From Octopus sinensis (taxonomy: Eukaryota), in assembly GCF_006345805.1 (NCBI RefSeq), contig NC_043015.1, forward strand, positions 4,836,001 to 4,900,000: a DNA stretch of 64,000 nt, in the 5' to 3' direction. The notes under the pieces were generated by a model. The model ran no database searches. It saw only the letters and a list, made by a program, of their open reading frames with translations, and was not told the origin of the DNA. Shown in pieces: positions 52,981 to 64,000 of this stretch. Each line of letters starts with the position of its first letter. The first letter of the stretch is position 1. The position numbers and the translations under genes were made by a program.

Positions 52981-53032
52981 TGATATGCACTTATATATTG
53001 GTGGTGTGATATGCACTTATATATTGGTGGTG
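52981..53032. repeat. Exact 26-bp tandem duplication
   Basis: TGATATGCACTTATATATTGGTGGTG x2. Confidence 0.95.
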
Positions 53033-53427
53033 TGAAATAGTGCATGCATGTTTTGTTAATACGTAGTTTCGGTGGTAACAACATCAGTGAGATATTTCGT
53101 CTGGTTTTTTAAAGTTTATTATTAGTTCAAACACAGCCAATGTGATTGCCAATGAGCCTTTTTAGATCGATGTAATAATTAACTTTTAAATTTTGATATT
53201 GATATATTCGACTTAGATCCTGCCCCCCAACGTTGCCTGCTTTGAGCAAAAAAAATTGAAACTATTCTTAATGGAGTTTTCATGTTTGATGTCTGGATGT
53301 GATTTGCTTCCCTTTAATATACTTATTTTTTATCGAACAATGGCAACGAAATTCACACACATACAAAAAGAAACTAACACACTCATAATCGCACACACAC
53401 GGAAATACACACGCATATATATATATA

Positions 53428-53481
<54 letters not shown>

Positions 53482-53501
53482 ATATAATATATATATTTAT
53501 A

Positions 53502-53723
53502 TATATTCTATTGTGTCTGGGGGGAGTCATTCTCTTTTAGTGCCTTATTATTTAACACACTCACCGGTAAAATTTCCACTTCTTATTTTTATTTTCTAAA
53601 ATTGTCGTTACGTGTTGCTACCTTTTCAATAGAAATAAGAAATATGTGGAAATATTACCGGTGAGTCTGTTAAATAATAAGGCACTAAAAGAGAATAACT
53701 CTCCCCAGACACAACAGAATATG
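53502..53723. mobile_element. Foldback element with about 75-bp arms, probably Penelope-like pLTR-derived
   Basis: 53511-53579 vs reverse complement of 53646-53714: 4 mismatches in 69 bp, extendable outward through ATATTCT. Confidence 0.85.
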
Positions 53724-53782
53724 CTTCAATACACAAACTCATATAAAGAATCTTGCAAACCAAATCCAAAAACGAAATATAT

Positions 53783-54565
53783 ATATATATATTGTATAGA
53801 GGGCATTATTACACATAAATGCCTCACACTAGGAGGGACAAAGTCATTACTACCAAAACTATACTAATCATACCCAAATGCAGTTTTTCAAAGCAAGACT
53901 TTGTCCCTCCTAGTGTGAGGCATTTATGTGTAATAATGCCCTCTATACAATATAGATATAATTAATTTGTTCAAAAGAAAAAAATTATTTTCGAATTCTT
54001 TTCTTTTATGAGGTTTTCACGCTAGCTACCCGATAATTTCTTGTTAAGATCCTTATTAAGAGATTATCCTTATTGTTAAACTTATTCCGAAATACTTTTC
54101 ATTACCCGACATGCAGTTCGTAAAAAGCCCGCCATTTACCGGATATATGATTTATAAACATTCCATGTGCTTGGCCGGAGTGAGCAGTTGTCTGTTCGTC
54201 TTCGCTACGTAAGGTTGGTAGTTTATTTATGATGTGTTCAGAATCAGTTCTGCTGAGGATCATTAGACGTAAGTTGAATGTGAAATCACGGTGATACAGA
54301 ACTAAATTCATTTTTTAAATGTCTTGCTTTGAAAAACTGCATTTGGGTATGATTAGTATAATTTTGGTAGTAATGACTTTGTCCCTCCTAGTGTGAGGCA
54401 TTTATGTGTAATAATGCCCTCTATACAATATAGATATAATTAATTTGTTCAAAAGAAAAAAATTATTTTCGAATTCTTTTCTTTTATGAGGTTTTCACGC
54501 TAGCTACCCGATAATTTCTTGTTAAGATCCCTTATTAAGAGATTATCCTTAATTGTTAAACTTAT
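53783..54565 (+). mobile_element. ORF-less hammerhead-containing element: inverted segment plus about 1.4 tandem copies of a 478-bp unit, between (TA)n runs
   Basis: Direct repeat 53897-54085 = 54375-54565 (two 1-bp indels); 53783-53899 is the reverse complement of 54321-54438; hammerhead at 54246-54303. Confidence 0.8.
54246..54303 (+). ncRNA. Type I hammerhead ribozyme with canonical CUGAGGA/GAAA core and near-palindromic stem III
   Basis: AGTTCTG (stem I)-CTGAGGA-TCATTAGAC GTAA GTTGAATGT (stem II)-GAAA-TCAC G GTGA-T-A-CAGAACT (stem I'). Predicted cleavage after A54296. Confidence 0.8.
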
Positions 54566-54869
54566 ATATATATATATATATGACCAAAGCTAAAAGGCAT
54601 ACAAATGAAACAAGTGAGTTATGAAGTAAAAAGGACACAAATATGCGAATAATATGCATACAATGCATGAAATTAAACCAAGGATTGTTCACATCATTTA
54701 TAAATAAAAGAATGAAAGTAAATTCAAGGATTTGAAAGACAAGACTATGAAACAGAATAAAAATATATGAGACCTAACAGAAAATACATATTAACTATAT
54801 TGATTTTATGACAGTTGTATTCATTAAGCTACGAAAATATACAAACGTCGTGCATTCAATGCTGCAACC

Positions 54870-55097
54870 TATTTCTTTATTACCCACAAGGGGCTAAACA
54901 CAGAGGGGACAAACAAGGACAGACATAGGTATTAAGTCGATTACATCGACCCCAGTGTGTAACTGGTACTTAATTTATCGACCCCGAAAGGATGAAAGGC
55001 AAAGTCGACCTCGGCGGAATTTGAACTCACAACGTAACGACAGACGAAATACCGCAAAGAATTTCGCCCGGCGTGCTAACGTTTCTGCCAGCTCGCC
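54870..55097 (-). mobile_element. SINE family B with 18-bp TSD
   Basis: GCATTCAATGCTGCAACC at 54852-54869 and 55098-55115. Confidence 0.95.
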
Positions 55098-58012
55098 GCA
55101 TTCAATGCTGCAACCGGTAAGAGTTCCTTTTAACGTTCTTGTATCTTCTCTACTTGCGTAAATTGCATCGTCTCAAACATTTAAACTCATACTTTACTGT
55201 CATCGAGTATATATATATATATTCAGGGTACGCATCTTCCAATTCTTTATATTTTGTTTCCTATATTATCGCTTTCGTAACATAAATGTTAGCTCTTTAT
55301 TTTCATTCGTAATATTTTCTCTTCTCCTCTCCTCATTTAACTTCCCCGTTTTATTTGTGCATTTTTTATGTATCTATTGATGCATCTATTAATGTATAAA
55401 TACAGAGGCATATATGCGCGTGCATTTGTGTGTTTGTGTGTATGTGTGCGTTTGTGTGTCAGTCTGTGTCTGTATGTATGGTTTTGTGTCTGTGTGTTTG
55501 CTTTTGTGTCGTGAACTTTACAGAGTGCAGATATATTTATATTAATAAAAAGAAAAGACGAAGCGTACAAAAGTGAAAATTTAAAATTTATAAACAATTA
55601 CAAATAGCTTGAGACTAAAACAAATGTCTCCTGTGAAGGAACAAAACTGAACTGATAATACGATGAACCATATTCAATAAAATAAGATCGTACTGAATCA
55701 CAGTTTTGTTCATTTCTCCAGCGGCAATATTTCGTATCATGATAAAAACGACATGACGCTAACTGTCTAGACAAATCTCCCTTATGGTTGATACGCTCAC
55801 ATCTATCACGCGGTGATATATTTGAACAAACAATCAAACAGATATGACAACGCACCGAATTTAGTTATTTTGCATCGGTCGATCTAACGTTCGATTTAGA
55901 AGTTTGTGGATACAGCTTCATAGCAGTGAATCATTTGTGAAAATATCTATAGGCATTGCGATAAATATGTACTCGGCTAAGTACATCACAATTCTTGATA
56001 ATTGAAGTAGTCTACAAAGAGATCCTGAATCTGCTCGAGAAGTAAATCTCTCCAAAATAATCCTACCTCTGACAGCAAATCATACTCCCATATCTGCAAC
56101 TAAGAGATAGAAGGCATTAATTTTCTAAAGAATTAACTCAGACTTGATGACACTATTCTTCGTGTTTCTCACCTACATACACTGGCACAAGCATAACATA
56201 TCCGTCTACAGGTACTAAATTCAGTTTTATATATTTAAAGTGTTTAATCGCCCAATCAAATAAACTTCAAGTACTTGCTCCCATTCTTTTTGGCTAGAAT
56301 CATCTTCATTTTTTCTTTCACGCGTTACTCTCTTTAGACTCTGCTTAAGCATGGGCATCCCCTTCAAGGAGCCAAGTTGGTAATGATTTTAAGCTTGGCA
56401 TTTATGCATTTAGTCTATTTATGCAGAACCCTTAAGTTGAGGTGACGTAAATCAACCAACACCTGTCCTCACGCGGTGGTGCAAAAAAAGATACACTCAA
56501 CTCACTCTCTCTCTCTCACACACACACACCTACACATACGTATATATATATATATATATATATAGATATATATATATATAGTTGTATACAGTAACCTTGT
56601 AATGTTGTCACTGCAGCTTCATCCATTTCGTCATTCTCGAAGTAAACTAATTGAAATTTGTTTTTGTTAGTTGTCTGCAGGAGGTGGGGGAATTTATGTG
56701 CTGCCACCCCCAGTTGCTGTCAGAATTTAACTTATTCTATACAAAGCACTAACTTTGGACATCGACTGAGGTAAATTTGTAGCCAGCGGCACACCTATAA
56801 ATACCTCCCACAGACCACTAACAAAAATTTACTTCAATCAGTTCGAAGATGACCAAATGGACTGACCTTAATGGAGATGCAACGGCAAGATTGCAAATTT
56901 GGATTTAAAGCAAAGGGGTCTTTATAATATGCTGTAAAAAACAGCGAAGTAGAGCCGGTATTATTTATTTCAAGAACGTGCGTAATGACTAAAACATTGT
57001 AGATACAGGCGTCAAATACTGATCGTTGCGGTAAGCAGTTAACTTGAAATTAACTGAGATCTAATACAGTATCCGCCTATATAATATATCCCTCCACACG
57101 CATATATAATCTCATGAGTAATACCGTATGGTAGACAATTGTCAGCTGATTCTATCTGAATCCTTCTCTTACTATACACATGTAGTTATAAACGAAATTC
57201 TTTAAGTTTTCGCCTACAAAACTAACAAATATGTGTACGGATAGTCAAGCTGGGGTTAATGGAGAAGGCACATGCCCAAGGTATCACGTAGAGGGACTGA
57301 AATCATAACCAATTAGTTGAGAAGCATCCTTTTTACCACCAATGCGCCTACTATATTCTATATATATAGTTATTTTTCTACATTTTGAGTTCGGATATGC
57401 GCAAAAGATCCCAAATATATAAAATACTACAGTGCGTCCAAAATATTAAAATACATTCTTCAAAAATCATTTTAAGAGTGCAGATCGCATTCACTAGATC
57501 TTGCTCTCTGAAAGACACATGAATTTACACTGAAAAACAGACAACAAACATCCGTGATTTCTAAAGAATCAATTCCACCAAAGAAATTTGAAAGACGAGA
57601 AAGATAAAATAAAAATAATATAAATTAATAATTAATATATAAACCCTCAGATCCCGGTGAGAAATACCCAACAATAATATCGACCACGCGGAAAAAAAAA
57701 AATATGGTGATATATTACACACGCACGCACACGCACACACACACACACACACACACATACACACAGAGTATCCGAAGCTGTCTGAAAACGCTTCAATTTT
57801 CGAAGATTCGGAAATTGGATCAAAGCAAAGAACCAGTCACTGAAATAAAATGAACCGTAAAATTCCTCAAATAAAATTGTTACGCTTCATTTGGTAACCT
57901 CAGTTGAGTTCTTTATATACTGGAAGCAAACGATAGGAAGAACTAAAATTGAAATGGTAAGCGCAAACACAGACAAACTCTACATATACTCTCATACATA
58001 TACATACATATT

Positions 58013-58062
<50 letters not shown>

Positions 58063-58944
58063 CATATATATATATATATATTTATATATATACATGTATA
58101 TATAGATAGATAGGTATATAGATAGATAGATAGATAGATAGATAGATGTACACGTAATTCTAACATACATACATATACGCAGACGAATTTTAATATACGT
58201 ACATATATATATGCATATATATTTATATACAAATGTATATGTATATATCTAATATGCCTCTGTGTGCGTGCACGTGCCTGGTTTTGTGTGTTTCTGCGTT
58301 GAACTGAAGTTATTATTCAGAATCAATTGATCAATTATAGATGAAGAGTACACTAATAGACGCTATCACACGATGGTATTTATCTGGACAGAATGGTATT
58401 TATTATAAGATTCAATTTTACGAGCAGTTCTGTTTCGCTTAACGACTTAATCAACCGATTGAACTTCTTGAAGGCGAAACTGAAATTCTCAGTTAAATCT
58501 AAATTCATTTAATGTTTCTGTCCGTTTGCTTGCGCGCCCGTGTCTGTATGTTATATCTTTCATCTTTCGAATTCTCAGAAATGAAACTGCGATCATGCTG
58601 GAGCCTTAATGAATGGATCCTGGTAACTATTTTCTAACTGTTGCGTTACGGCTACGTAAATACGCCAACAAGGGCTGACATCGATTGTAAACATACACAG
58701 ACACATATTGACACACAGAATTACATACACAAACACACACTCTCTCTCCCTCTCTCTCACAGACACACACTCACCTATATATGCATACGTATATGTACAC
58801 ATAATCATACATAGAGATATACGTCACAGGCTTCTATCATTTTCCATCTACCGAATTTTCTCCGGCCTTTGTTTGATATGCCTGAGGCTGTAGTAGGATA
58901 CGCCGCAGAAAGACACCCCGAAGTGGACTGAACACAGAAACATT

Positions 58945-59316
58945 TTGTTAACAACATAGTTCTGGGTTCAGTCCCACTGCGTGATACATTTTGCAAGTGT
59001 CTTCTACTATAACCTCAGGCAACCCAAAATCTTGTGAGTGGACTTGTTAGGCAGGAACGGAAAGAAGACTGCTGTATATATACTTATATATCTATGGCTG
59101 TGTATCTTTGTGCTGCGTATGTCCCCACATCACCACCAGCCAACCAGTGTTGGTGCCTTTACGTCCTCGTAACTTAGTGGTTCGGCAAAATAGATGAAGA
59201 GAATTAGTATTAGACTTAAGAAACAATACGTCCTGCGATCGATATATCTTGTTATAATACTTTAAGGCGGTGTACCAGCATGGCCGTTGCCAAATGACTG
59301 AAGCAAGTAAAAGAAT

Positions 59317-59318
<2 letters not shown>
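58945..59318 (+). mobile_element. Old SINE family A, preceded head-to-head by a minus-strand fragment at about 58820-58938
   Basis: GGGTTCAGTCCCACTGCGTG...AAGGCGGTGTACCAGCATGGCCG...AAATGACTGAAGCAAGTAAAAGA. Confidence 0.8.
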
Positions 59319-59355
<37 letters not shown>

Positions 59356-59603
59356 GAGAGGGAAACATACACGTATACATTCAAACATGTACATACCGAG
59401 GTACACATAGATACACGCATACTTACATCTGTACATATATGCATGCTTACTGCATATACAATGTTTTGTGTGTGTTATTTGTATACACACACATATATGT
59501 CTATATTATGAGTATAAAGAGAATAATAATGTAAATAATATAAGTATATGCATATATATATATATATGTAGATATGAATATATATATATGTTATATATAT
59601 ATT

Positions 59604-59637
<34 letters not shown>

Positions 59638-59886
59638 CATATATAGGACAAAGTAAGATGGTGCTTATGAGAGTAACCCAATATGGGATATCTGTTATCC
59701 AATATACACCTCTAAGGAGCAGCTTATTCGCATTTTTTTAATTGTATTATTAATTTGCATATTGTTTTGTTTCATTTTAATTTTCGTATTTCTGTAATTA
59801 ATAAATAATATGAAATGGTATATCTGTAAGTTGATGATCGAAATGAATTGTTTCCTCCATTTTCTTATTTGTATTATATAATATAC

Positions 59887-59934
<48 letters not shown>

Positions 59935-60187
59935 ACATATATATACACACACATATATATATATATATTATTATTAATATGGCTGAACGTCACGCATCCA
60001 ATTCCAAGTAATTCTATCTTAATCTTTTTGATATAGCTCCCTCTTTTTTCTCCCATATCGTTTTGCCTCTCATCTTTCTCTAATTCCCTTTCTTCTTCCC
60101 TTCGCCGTTTTCTATCTGTCTCTCGCTCTCACCTTCTATCTATTGTTCTCTGACAGTTGGAGACGTCTTTTGTGCAATATGCATATG

Positions 60188-60240
<53 letters not shown>

Positions 60241-60242
<2 letters not shown>

Positions 60243-60850
60243 ATAACACAATTAATAAATAAAACATATGCATATATACATACATATATGTACGTACCTA
60301 CATCTACATGTATATATACATGTATATATGGGTACAGAACACAAAAAAAACGTCGAACACAACGAAAACATAAATACAAAACCAAGGAAATGGACATTAT
60401 TGTTAAACAACGTAAAAATGTTGTTTGTATTACTGTTATTCTCCCTGCCCTGTCTTTTACTGTTTATAATTTGTACTCTCTTTACTGTCCTGTTTTTGTT
60501 TTCATTTTTACCCCTGCGCAAAAAAATCTCAAATTTTATTTAACTTGCTTTTTGCGGGAAGGAATGTTTCAGCGAAATCGTGTCTCGACTTGACCTTCGA
60601 AACGCGGAGTAGATGAAACAGAGGCGACTGAAGAAGGGGAATATTTCTTGTGTTGTACCTCCTGTATTCTATTTTTTTAATTGTTTAAAAAAATGTCAAT
60701 TTCCTTGGTTTGTGTTCATGTTTTCGTTTCTCATTGTGTTCGACATTTTTTTTTGTGTCCTGTACCCATATATGCATGTATATATACATGTAGATGTAGG
60801 TACATACATATATGTATATATGCATATGTTTTATTTATTAATGGTTATTA
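60241..60850. repeat. Inverted repeat with about 170-bp arms (60241-60410 / 60681-60850)
   Basis: TACCTACATCTACATGTATATATACATG, GGGTACAG.ACAC, GTCGAACACAA and ACCAAGGAAAT are all mirrored. Confidence 0.9.
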
Positions 60851-61072
60851 TATGACGGAACGCACGCATCCATTGTAAGTAAGTGGTGCTTAATAATATA
60901 TATATATATATATATATAATATATAAAATATATATCTTCATTTTATCGATCGCTACACATTCTTTTCAAGTTTGTATATGTTTGTAAATATATGCATATA
61001 TATACATGCAATATATATATGTGTGTGTGTGTATGTATATATATATATTATATATAGGTATATATATATATA

Positions 61073-61133
<61 letters not shown>

Positions 61134-61762
61134 GTTTACATATCTACATACATACATTTGAATGATTACCAATACGTTTGGGTGCGCAATGTAATTACTT
61201 AATATGCAAGCTGCAAAGAATGCATTTCCATGTGACTGATTCACGGTGCATTTGAACAATATAATATGATGTTCAAAACGATTCTTGATCCTCTATATTT
61301 TATCTACCAGATTCTCCATTGTTGTGTGTCCGTTACGTTGAACAGCAAACAAAACTATATTGAATATCAGTTCTTTGCACCGCTTTGAAATAAGTTCTTA
61401 AGGGAGCTTCAGAGAGAATTAACGGTACATTTATTGCAAGATTATGTCTATTACTGAGGGGCAGGAGGTACACATTCCCGACATATAATAAAATAAATTA
61501 CGAAACATACTTTCATCTGTATTAGTGCTACATCAAAGCATTTCAAAGACAATAATGAAAGGCAAAAGTATGCCGCAGCTCAATTTGATTTCGAAATGTG
61601 GAGTTAAAACAACATGATACAGGGCGTATTTAATCTCATTTGGTCTGTTGCAATCATCATTAGATCTTTCAACTTGAACACTCGTTCACGCTGAAATAAA
61701 TGTATTTATGTATGTATGAATGCATATTCCTCTGTGGTGTGTGTGTGTACATTTGCATGTGC

Positions 61763-61795
<33 letters not shown>

Positions 61796-61796
61796 C

Positions 61797-61830
<34 letters not shown>

Positions 61831-61963
61831 GTATATATATATATAATATATGTCTATATATATACATATATATATATATATATACGTATATATAGATATC
61901 TCTATATATATGTGTATATATAATATAATATACTTATAATATATCTATATATATCTATCTATC

Positions 61964-61998
<35 letters not shown>

Positions 61999-62023
61999 CT
62001 ATATCTATCTATCTATCTATATA

Positions 62024-62064
<41 letters not shown>

Positions 62065-62509
62065 TATAATATATATATACATATTCGTTCGGTACGTTAC
62101 TATTGGGGTTTATTTCAACGAATCTTAATCCAGAAAAAACAATAACAATATGTAAAAAAAAACATCTTCGAATTGTTATTCCAGACCATATACCCATCTA
62201 CTTCAATAATAATAATAATAAAATCATCATCCTCATCATCTTCCCCATTCAGACTCTGCTGCCATGGTTTAGACGATTTCACTGAAATTGTTAAGCTGGA
62301 GAGGTGCAACTGGTTCTAATCATTTTTGCCATTTTTGTATGATTGGATGCCCTCCTATCGCCAACCATTCCAAGAGTGTAATGGATGCCTTTTTATGTGC
62401 CAGTTGAGTTAAACTAGCATACACACAAACACACGCACATATTTAGATACATATATACATATATATATATGTATATATAAGATTTCTCACCGTGTTTCTT
62501 TTCTGTGTA

Positions 62510-62547
62510 TCTTTCTGTTGAACAGCGTAGTCTCGAAACGTAAAATA
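62510..62547 (+). ncRNA. Decayed minimal hammerhead-like motif (CUGUUGA core, ACGU palindromic stem III)
   Basis: TCTTT-CTGTTGA-A-CAGC GTAG TCTC-GAAA-CG-T-A-AAATA; stem II has two mismatches. Confidence 0.35.
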
Positions 62548-62640
62548 CTTGTTTTATTTCTATTCCTGAGCACCAGCCTTCGTCTTTTGTTTATTTTCGT
62601 AAAGCTTCCCGTTATATATGCATATATATATGTATATATA

Positions 62641-62951
62641 TCACGGTGAAATCAGCGTGGCCATCTAGGTCATCAGATGTTGCTACACATCGCTGGTCAA
62701 AATGCGCTTCCCATTGTTTTAGCCTTCAAACGACGCCACCCCGCTGGCTAAGCGAGCAGGCCAAAAGAAGAAAGAGTGAGAGAAAGTTGTGGCGAAAGAG
62801 TACAGCAGGTATCACCACCACCCCGTGCGGGAGCCTCGTGGAGCTTTAGGTGTTTTCGCACAGTAAACACTTACAACACCCGGTCTGGGAATCGAAACTG
62901 CGATCTAACAACTGCAAGTCCACTGTCCTAACCACTGGGCCATTGCGCCTT
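62641..62951 (-). mobile_element. SINE family C (tRNA-derived head)
   Basis: Minus strand begins AAGGCGCAATGGCCCAGTGGTTAGG (A box) ... GTTTCGATTCCCAGACC (B box), followed by a non-tRNA body. Confidence 0.75.
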
Positions 62952-63231
62952 CAGTAACCAGCTACCGGTTTCAGTTTTTGATGAGAATCTTTCCCTGCTG
63001 GAGTAAGAAGGAAAATAGAATAAAGTAAATTAGTTTTTCATACCAGCACATCTGGAAATCCACATGTTTATCTAGAAACATCACATGGCACTCTAATGTT
63101 TTCCTTCTGCTTCTTGTTATTTGGAAGAATGTTAGTCGTGAAAGTGGAGCCTTTAATCACCTTGCCTATATGTGGTATTGGCTTGGAGTAGTTGACATTC
63201 TGTAACGTAGTGGTAATAGCAGTATCATGTA

Positions 63232-63285
63232 CTACTACTTCTACTACTACTACTACTACTACTACTATCACTACTACTACCACTG

Positions 63286-63321
<36 letters not shown>

Positions 63322-63345
63322 GCAGCAGCAGCAGTAGCAGTAGTT
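63232..63345. repeat. (CTA)n followed by (GCA/GTA)n
   Basis: Direct reading. Confidence 0.95.
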
Positions 63346-63736
63346 CTTTTGATGGTGGGGAATTGTTGTTTCCTTCCTTGTATGAGAACGGTAGCATTTG
63401 CGCTCGATGGTAGTGTTCGGTGGGACAGTATTAGTAGCAACAAACGCTTCTAGCACTCTCTGCCCTGGATATTAGTAGTGAATTTATGCTCCTATAAGTG
63501 GGTCCAGGTATAACATAGGAGTTGCCGTGGTAGTGGCTCCAATGTGGCTGGCAGTAATATGGACGGTGGTTTTGCCTCCAAGAAGAATTCTCACTTGGCC
63601 GTTATTTGGTAATTAAGGCCAATCCTTCGTCTGTTCTTTGGAGTCATGGTGTATTATTACCCAACATATAAACATATAGCGTTATGCTTTCATCCCGTAG
63701 AATGAAATAGTCATCGAGGTACATTCTCCTGTTTCC

Positions 63737-63782
<46 letters not shown>

Positions 63783-63957
63783 GGTATTTCGTGTAGCATG
63801 TTCTCTAGGTAGCCGATAATTAGTTTCGCAAAGGAAAGAATTGCTTTCCTCCTCATGTATCTGCATCTATTTATTATCAGCGAGGAACTTTCTCCATGAC
63901 AGAATACAGTCAATGAACCTCTTAAAAGTTCAAGAATTTTTTAAAATCCTTAACAAC

Positions 63958-64000
63958 AGTGGTTCCCATACTTTTCGGGATGCTGCCTCCTTAATATTCA
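63958..64000 (+). mobile_element. Possible hAT-type MITE left end, running off the window
   Basis: CAGTGGTTCCCATAC resembles Charlie-type TIRs; the partner end is not visible. Confidence 0.3.

Noticed and set aside
58430-58500. GAAA-CTGA-AATTC-TCAG-TT stem III-like motif with a short inverted repeat
   Set aside because: No intact core or stem I; too degenerate to call.
62880-62951. tRNA gene
   Set aside because: A and B boxes are present, but I see no convincing cloverleaf and it continues into a SINE body; the same applies to family A and B heads.

Overview
Very AT-rich, microsatellite-saturated eukaryotic DNA with no intact protein-coding gene that I can recognise. The repeat repertoire suggests an octopod cephalopod intron or intergenic region (inference). 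Main contents: a 5'-truncated CR1/L2-group LINE (124-2789, minus); a 5'-truncated R4/Dong LINE embedded in (TAA)n (24829-28214) carrying a 4 x 208-bp internal amplification and a SINE-in-SINE nest; a DD37D-like Tc1/mariner relic; a Penelope-like ORF relic interrupted by a CR1 3' fragment; about 20 copies or fragments of three SINE families; two kb-scale tandem duplications bounded by (TA)n; and many foldback structures. The most interesting signal is a set of minimal type I hammerhead ribozyme motifs in ORF-less foldback or partially tandem elements. One has a canonical core (54246-54303) inside a 478-bp unit arranged like a retrozyme or non-autonomous Penelope-like element. Another has a swapped G3-C8 core (13279-13329, minus) in a 297-bp palindrome. 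Several more are decayed. All calls were made by eye, with no database searches or folding calculations; coordinates of decayed repeats are approximate.
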